Of a stretch of DNA of 64,000 bases, positions 56,650-64,000 are shown piece by piece. Both the position numbers and the translations under genes were made by a program. Source of the DNA: Flectonema sp. DT1601. Taxonomy: Eukaryota. Where the stretch lies: assembly GCA_964019425.1 (NCBI GenBank), contig OZ025798.1, positions 186,001-250,000 on the forward strand, in the 5' to 3' direction. Below the pieces are notes generated by a model. That model did not search any database. It saw only the letters and a program-made list of their open reading frames with translations, and had not been told where the DNA came from. How positions within the stretch are numbered: the stretch's first letter is position 1; every line of letters begins with the position of its first letter.

Positions 56650-57001
56650 CTTTTTTATTTTTTATTTTTTTTTTTTGATGAAAATTCCTTTATTGAGAAT
56701 GATGACACGATTTGACTACTATGCATGAAATTCTCACATTGTAATCAAAAGAGTAAAAAATACTATAAACTGATTGGACACAGAACGGTAACGGCACTCG
56801 GACATTGGATGTGACTTCGTCAAACACTACAGAACGTAGCTAAAAGTGGTGTGTGTATTGTTGGGAAAGAAAGAAAGAAAGAAAAAAAAAAAAAACGAAA
56901 AAAAAATTACATCGACACACACTAGACATGACAGAGCACGCATCAATGTTAGGTCAAGTGTATGTGATAGTCTTATATAATTATATTAAATTACATTTCC
57001 C

Positions 57002-57032
<31 letters not shown>

Positions 57033-57092
57033 GAAAGAAAAAAAAAGATCCGATCGAAGTAATCTCTCTCAAAACTATCAACAACTTCTAAT

Positions 57093-58124
57093 TTAATTGT
57101 AATTATTAGGATTTGGACAGACCTTTGGCTGTGCAGGTTTCGGAATGTTATTTAAAGCGGACATGTCAGCAGCTGAAAGAGTAAAGTCAAACACATCCAT
57201 ATTTTGTTTTTGATGACTAATATTCCAACTTCTTGGATTAACAACAACATTCTGTTGTAAGGCCCATCGAAGCCACACTTGAGCAGCTGACTTTCCATAC
57301 TTTTGACCAACCTGCTGAGCAGTCGGGTGACTAGTTAGAACTGGTTTCCAAAAACCATACTCAATGTCAGGTGTACCTAAAGGAGCGTAACTGTTGACGG
57401 TAATGTTGTTAGCATGGCAGTACGAAACCAGATTAAACTCATGCCAGTAGCCGTGAAATTCAAACTGATTAACGGCAGGCCACCCAGATGGTGATTGGCT
57501 CTTCATGACGTCCTTTAGATGTTTTTCTTCGAAGTTTGAAACACCAACAGCCTTTGCACCTCCGTTTGATTTTGTTTCTAAGAGAGCTTTCCATGTCGAT
57601 TGTCTGCATAAGGATGCTGAATATTGCATTTTCGTATTGCAGTGTACGTCTGTTGATGTCGCAGCTGCGGAAGAGTTGTCACTCGGCCAGTGGATTAGAA
57701 TCAGATCAAAGTAATTTGTGTTGAAAAGTTTTAATCCATCATCAATCTGTTGCTTTGCGTCTTTATAACCCAATGGATGAGGAGGACCGACTTTGTATGT
57801 GATAAAGACTTCTGATCTTGGAGTGCTAGTCCAATTATCGGTTGAATTCAGAATCCCTGCGGCTACCCCCGGAGCAGATTGGTATCCCAAAGCAGAGTCG
57901 AATCTTCTTCCTCCAAGAGAAAACCATTTCATTGAATTTATGTGACCTTCCGATATATTCCAATGCTCTGGTCTTGCTTCAGGGCTTTTTCCTGCTGAGT
58001 ACCCTCCTGTTCCTAAACCAACAACTTCCATTCTACTACTCTCACTGGCTGCATTGTGAAGCTGTACAAATGGTATCTCAGCCGTTACAGCTGCTAACAT
58101 AGTTGAAGCGATTGCCGCCTTCAT
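57093..58124 (-). CDS. Aldo-keto reductase with a predicted N-terminal signal peptide
   Basis: VGLGT; FDSALGY (Asp/Tyr); FITYKV (Lys); DLILIHWP (His); AVGVSNF; NQFEFH; SYAPLG; AQVWLRWALQ. ATG at 58124. Confidence 0.92.
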   Translation of the reverse strand: MKAAIASTMLAAVTAEIPFVQLHNAASESSRMEVVGLGTGGYSAGKSPEARPEHWNISEGHINSMKWFSLGGRRFDSALGYQSAPGVAAGILNSTDNWTSTPRSEVFITYKVGPPHPLGYKDAKQQIDDGLKLFNTNYFDLILIHWPSDNSSAAATSTDVHCNTKMQYSASLCRQSTWKALLETKSNGGAKAVGVSNFEEKHLKDVMKSQSPSGWPAVNQFEFHGYWHEFNLVSYCHANNITVNSYAPLGTPDIEYGFWKPVLTSHPTAQQVGQKYGKSAAQVWLRWALQQNVVVNPRSWNISHQKQNMDVFDFTLSAADMSALNNIPKPAQPKVCPNPNNYN

Positions 58125-58381
58125 TTTTTTTTTTTCAGTGGATTTAGTCGTCTTTTTCAAAAAAAGAAAGTAATATTGCTAACACCAATAACTAATAGTT
58201 TCTCATGGCTTCATTCACCACACGTGTCTCTTATCATTCCGTATAGTAATTCTGTAATGAAATAAAATAGGGGCTTTTTTTTTTTGAACAACATAACCTA
58301 CTTCAATGTTGTGGTACAAGTACAGAACAATAAAAGAGTGCAACACGCACAAACTAGGGATTAGTGGTAAGAGGTAGTAAC

Positions 58382-60532
58382 TCAACCTCGAGTAGTGTCA
58401 AAGTATTGTCGACGAGGAGATCCAGCAGGAGGCAATAGGTTTGGTGGTATGAGAGTCATCTTTTCACCAGAACGGCGTATTAAGTCATCAATGGTGTCTT
58501 CATTAGGATGTCCATAAGTTGGGGAAAACGTTGGTTCGATGACCTCGACCCGAGTACGTCGTTGTGAAGTAGGTTTAATAGAACTAGCCATAGCTGCACG
58601 AGGGGAACCACCTCCCCCCGGTAATGCTGCCCAAGGGGAGCCACCAGGAACTGCTGGTCGAGGAGGGATTGGAGATCCGTTTTCTGAACTTTTTTTTTGC
58701 CTTGGAGGACTCACGTAGCAAACTGCGAGTACTAATCCTCTAAGGCTGTCCAACCACTCCGCTCGTTCTACAGATGTTCGAGCACAGAATCGATGTTTTG
58801 AACCGTCCTTTAGTTCAACATAGAATCCAAGATGTCGGTACTTATCGAGTCCAATTGGAGGAGTATACTCAAAAAATGATTCCACCTCAACAGATACGAC
58901 GTTTGATAATTCCATCGTCTCTACTTCACCCCACTTGCGATCTCGGTGAGCGTAGCAGAGTTGGCCTTTCTCTGGATCAGTCCAGAGGTAGACATCTCTC
59001 CAAATCTTTCCACCAGAATCTTCCCAGCCAGCCATCGATGACAAAACTCGACCTCCGTACGTCTGACGCGTTGCAGACAAAACCGACTCTGCCTGAAGTC
59101 TGAATGCGTTCATATGAAATTCAGTCGCTATGTCAAAGCGACATGTCAATTCTTCAATCATTACTCCTTTCTCATCTGCTTCGTTAGTCTTCAGACGGAG
59201 TCGTTCACGAGTGTCAAGTAACTGTTTTTTGAGTTAGTCAATAAAGAACATTATATAATTATAACTATAAATACAATACATACATCTGCAGTAGTCACGT
59301 CCAGGTCGTATTGTAAACGATCTCGATGGTCTTCTAGTTGTTTAATGACCTCTCGGAGGTCACCGATCTGTTGGGGTTGTTTGTTGTAGTCACTCTCAAG
59401 AAGAACAATAAAAAAAAAAAAAAAGGAAGGAATAACAAACCACTAAATCTTTAATTCCCTTCATCTCACGGAATAGTTGGTTGTTTGATTGTGTCAGCCA
59501 ATCAGTCTCACTCTCCATGCGAGCAATGTCATCTTCAAGGTCCATAATTTTCCTTTGCGAAGCATGGTTTGCGAACATGAAGTTTTCACCGTGTTCCTGA
59601 GCTTCTGACAACCGACCAGAAAGAATGAATTTCTCTTTCTCAATAGAACTGATTTTAAAGTCTTTCTTCTCCTCTCTTCTCATCGCAAGCCATCTTGCCC
59701 AGGTTAAGAAATAGTTGCTCATAACATTCTTGTTAGTGGCAGTTTCCAAGACTTCGCTGGCTTCTTTTTTAGTCTGTTCTTTGCGATTAATTTCTTTTTG
59801 AAGTTTCCCTTCGAGGACGTCGATAACTCCCTCGAGTTCAGATTGAGTGTCGGCGGCTTCTTTTGCAGCTTTTTGCATTTTTTCATCGGTATTTAGAAGT
59901 TGGATTGCAAAGTCACGAGCCTTTCGGAGATCTTTCATGCGAAGTTCAACGACAGTCATTTCAGACATCATCCAATGATAAAAAAACTGTCGTCTGTTGT
60001 TCTCATGGGCGTCTATGTATGCTCGTTGCTTCTCTTCGGTAGCTTCCAACTCTTCTAAATCGATCATCACGTTAGTGTCTGAAGGCATTGGTGTTCCTGA
60101 GATTACAGCCATCCAACGATCTCTCTCTTCAGCACTTTCACACCTCAACTCAAATTTTCTATGCATTTTAGGATGGTGAACCGTAAAAGCTACAGGATCT
60201 TTTTCTGCAAAACCAATTTCAGTTTGTTCGTCAACTGCAATTGCACCCTTCTCTTCGTAGTATCTCAAATGTTGTCCCTTCAAGACAAACCATCGCCTGT
60301 CGAAATCCCTACCAAGAACTAATGACGGAGTCTTCTTCTTTAAGAATCCTTGCATAAATATCTTATCCTCTGTGTGCATTCCTAAAGCAGCTTCTAATAG
60401 TCGATAGTCCATTCGAGAGTCTTCAAGTTCTTTTTGAAGGTCGATAATGCGATGGTTAAGTCTCTCGATGTCATCTAATTCGTCTGTTTCTGCAACACCG
60501 AAGTCTTCGTGCATGCTCTCAGCGTGAGCCAT
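58382..60532 (-). CDS. Protein with two PH domains flanking a long coiled coil. Exons 60532-59441, 59367-59284, 59221-58382 (possible extra 5' micro-exon 60655-60674)
   Basis: PH1 MQGFLKKK..DRRWFVLK..EERDRWMAVI; PH2 WRDVYL..ERAEWLDSL. Introns 59368-59440 and 59222-59283 join the ORFs in frame. Confidence 0.85.
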
Positions 60533-61283
60533 ATTATGAGGCTTGCTTCTTGCCCACCACCACCTGTTATTTTAGGAATTTAATCAGAATGAAAATAAAA
60601 AGTTACAACAAGAAAAAGAATCAGCCAAACTTAACTTTCCTTTTACTTTCTTACTCATTCATTTTGTGTGCCATCCAGTAGCCTGTGAAAGGAATAGGTT
60701 AGGTTAAGTTAAACTGTCACAATTCTCTTTCTTCTGAACAGGTTTATCTGTACAAGAAGCAAAAAAAAAGGGAAGAAAAATAGGAAACAAGAAAAGAATG
60801 TGTTTCCAGCATTTGAAAAAGAAGATAGAGAAAACATTAAATAAATCTTTCTGCTGTTCTGTTTCTTCAAAAGCAAGGGAGATGCTGTCTTGTCCTACTC
60901 AACAAAGGGACAGCTTAACTTAGTTGGTGTTTGTAAGTTAGTATATGAGATCACTAAGATAATGTATTAAATCAAAATATATATAAAAAAGGAAAGCCCT
61001 CGCAACACATTGTTCTGCTGTTCCGTAAAACACTTGTGGTGGAATACCTAGTTTCAGGTCTTAATCTTATACTATACTTGGTAAGTTGGTAGTATTTAGA
61101 ATATGAGATACTATTAATAGTTATCAGTCAATCAAAAAAACAATAGAACGCAACAATTCGTAGGACAACAAACAAATAATGGTTGGTTGGGCTTTAATTA
61201 ACTTCCCCCAGTCCTCTTCAGCGGGGGACACTGCGGTGTCAAGCCTGTCTACTTTAATGAACAAGGCTAAACTTTGAATTCCC

Positions 61284-62731
61284 GTGCCAAATGTTAATGA
61301 AATATCGGATCTCAACACAAACGTTTCTGAAATGGACAGCTCCACACACGAAAGTATTCGAAATGGATGCAAAGAAAAAAGAAAAAGGAAAAAAATTTGT
61401 TTTCCTTTGGGATTCTCCTTTTTAAGATGTACAAGCATGAAGAAGTGATCTAAATCCCTTAAAAATATTCAAATCATTAGTCAGGTGACGATTTCACTGA
61501 AGACCAATAATATTGAATCGAAACAACGATGAGAGGAATAGAGAGGAAAGGTACGCTATTAAGACATTGATTTCGTAAGAACTGCAACAGAATGTCACAA
61601 CATTGAAGTGCCAAATGTTACTGAAATGTCGGATTACAACACAAATGATTTAGTAACGGACAGCCAACGCAAGAGTTTCCGAAATGGACAGCAAAAAAAA
61701 AAAAACCGTCCTTGTCTATTCAATCCAACGTTGTATATTATGAGTTCTAGGAGACATTTAACACGTTATTTTATCCAACGTTACTATGATGAGGTCTCCA
61801 GGAGGGTAACTCACAGCAACAGAGGGCCTCATCCGTAACAGTTTCCGAAGACTCCGTATGGATTGTTGAATTAGCTTCAGCTGAAGGGATGTAATTTATT
61901 TTATTTGATTAATAGACACCCATCTTCAGCTTTTCACTTTGCATGCTTATTAAATTATTGAACTTGAACTAAATATTTAAAAAACAAAAAGTTAAAAACA
62001 CTACACACTCGTGACAAACTAAAAACTCATAGAGCATCAAACATCAATGCTAAATTAGAAGCCCTCTTCTTCAATCGAACCACACTGGATCGATCCGAGT
62101 AACTTCAGAAGACATAATCTACTCCAGGAATGAATTAAAGTAGTTTGCATTTTAACAAACACATAAAAGATAAACATCTTAAACTTGGACTTCTTTGAAA
62201 GGAACAATTACAGCAATGAATGTCACTACTACCCACAATGGATATTGCTACCCAAAGCGCCTAACACGAGTCTTACTCATATCGAAAACAATAGCGAAGG
62301 CCGAGCAGATTGTGCCAACTCAAAATCCATAATTCTCGTCAGGAAAGTATTATCGAGAACTAGGGCAAAAAAAAAGAAACTTCAAAATTTTCGGAAACCC
62401 TTATCCTTGCGGGAGTCAAAGTGTGTGAAAGAAACTACTCACAAGAATAGTTTCTTACAACTATGCCCTTTATTCTTAAAAGTTTCCGCCTTATTTACGA
62501 ATTCCACCAAACAAGTATGAAGAAATTCGTTGAAAAACATTCAAACAAGATAATAATTGGTTAATAAATTTAAACTAGGAACTATGATCATGCTTCAATG
62601 ATTCACTGTGACCTAACTAAACTCATCGCTATTGATCGAAACAATAATGAGACGAATAGAGAGGAAAGGCACGCTATTAAGATATTAAATTCATTTCATT
62701 AGAACAACACAGAATGTCACAACAGTGAAGT
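61284..62731. repeat. Two pairs of diverged direct repeats: 61284-61380 ~ 61608-61700 and 61491-61609 ~ 62601-62731
   Basis: Shared strings gtgccaaatgtta.tgaaat.tcggat...cgaaatgga and gaatagagaggaaagg.acgctattaaga...cagaatgtcacaaca.tgaagt. Confidence 0.8.
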
Positions 62732-62735
62732 TCTC

Positions 62736-63758
62736 TCACTTGGAAATCAGGTGGTTTGGCATACAGATCATGTCTCCGGCACCACGTCCATTCTCAACGT
62801 AGCACCCGTAACCAGCCCCCATCAACCTTTTGGTATCGTCAGCACCTCTTGCCGAATCATAGGTGCCCATTATACTACAAATTATTCCAGAACACCTATT
62901 TATTGTGTCCGAGTCTGCTGGTGTCCATCCCTGATTGCAGCTCGACGAAAAAGTGTTGATTGTCAGAGAAGAGCAAGGTACCGATGGTAGTGGAGTAGGT
63001 GCTGGTGGTGGCGGAGTTTGTGCTAGAACTGGAGTTGTGTTGTTTGGCATACAGATCAGGTCAACGGCACTACTTCCATCCTCAACATAGCATCCGTAAC
63101 CAGCTCCCAGCAACCTTTTGGTATCGTCAGCACCACTTGCCGAATCATAGGTGCCCATTATACTACAAATTATTCCAGAACACCTGTTTATTGTGTCCGA
63201 ATCTGCTGGTGTCCATCCCGAACTGCAGCTCGATGAAAAAGTGTCGACTGTCAGAGAAGAGCAAGGTACCGATGGTGGTGGAGTAGGTGCTGGTGGTGGT
63301 GGAGTAGGTGCTGGAACTGGAGTTGTGTTGTTTGGCATACAGATCATGTCTCCGGCACCACTTCCATCCTCAACATAACATCCGTAACCTGCCCCCATCA
63401 ACCTTTTGGTACCGTCAGCACCTCTTGCCAAATCCCAGGTGTCCATCATACTACAAATTGTTGCAGCACAATTACTCATTGTTTCCGTGTCTGCTGGTTT
63501 CATTCCCGTATTGCAGCTCGATGATTGCCTGACGATACTCAGTGAGCTGCAATCAAAAGCAGTCTGTTTGTATTTTAATAACACCCGACAATACCGATAC
63601 TAAATTCAGACTGTTAGTTGGTACGAAACTCTTGTTGTACAAACTAACTAAGTAACCCTTCCACACAACAACAAATCATTTCAATAAGGAAGGGAATGAT
63701 GAAATAATAAACATACCGAAGACGCAAACAAACCGATAACAACAACAAAAGTCTTCAT
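62736..63758 (-). CDS. Secreted protein (289 aa) with three tandem Cys-rich aerolysin/pertussis-toxin (APT)-like domains and Pro/Thr linkers. Exons 63758-63717 and 63563-62736
   Basis: Exon 1 MKTFVVVIGLFASS, donor GTATGT at 63716, acceptor aaacAG at 63564. The in-frame join gives signal peptide ...SSTA-FDC, followed by three near-identical ~70-aa units. Confidence 0.8.
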
Positions 63759-64000
63759 CTTATTTATTTACTGTCATCAGGAGGTAAAAAAGATGCTCAA
63801 GGAAGAACAAAGGCAACATGCAACTATAAATAGGGTTGCTTCACATAACTACTCACTTTAAATAGGAATCCACGTCGGTCAATACTATAAATACCATTAA
63901 CTTGCTGTCAAGGCGTAGGCCACGTGCTTCAGGTTGAACAGAATCAGGAGGGGAGGAAGTGAGTACAGCCTAATTGAAGCAAAGCTTCTGATGATTAAAA

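Noticed and set aside
62750..63540. CRISPR-like or transposon-derived repeat array
   Set aside because: The repeats are in-frame coding domain duplications in a eukaryotic gene, with no unique spacers or terminal repeats. No transposase or reverse transcriptase was recognised anywhere in the window.

Overview
AT-rich eukaryotic genomic DNA. About 17 protein-coding genes all lie on the minus strand, with short GT-AG introns (mostly 60-150 nt) whose 3' ends are A-rich (...AAACAG). An AG acceptor sits just upstream of most start codons. This layout, plus a cruzipain-type C-terminal domain, suggests a trans-splicing euglenozoan, most likely a diplonemid (inference, not verified). Recognisable genes: a Cys/Met PLP-dependent lyase, a giant LRR/coiled-coil/adhesin-like-repeat protein, an LRR-NACHT-WD40 protein, a polyQ/FGDF-motif protein, a four-domain voltage-gated cation channel, a multidomain RBR E3 ligase, XPF/ERCC4, an MBL-rhodanese fusion, an RluA pseudouridine synthase, a degenerate cathepsin-L derivative, an aldo-keto reductase and a two-PH-domain protein. 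Main findings: (1) the intact lyase gene is nested on the same strand inside a 2.5-kb intron of the giant repeat-protein gene, whose reading frame resumes at 296; (2) a secreted protein is built from three tandem domains resembling the aerolysin/pertussis-toxin (APT) glycan-binding lobe; (3) two probable pseudoenzymes; (4) a DEEE channel selectivity filter. All domain calls come from motif recognition by eye; no searches were run.
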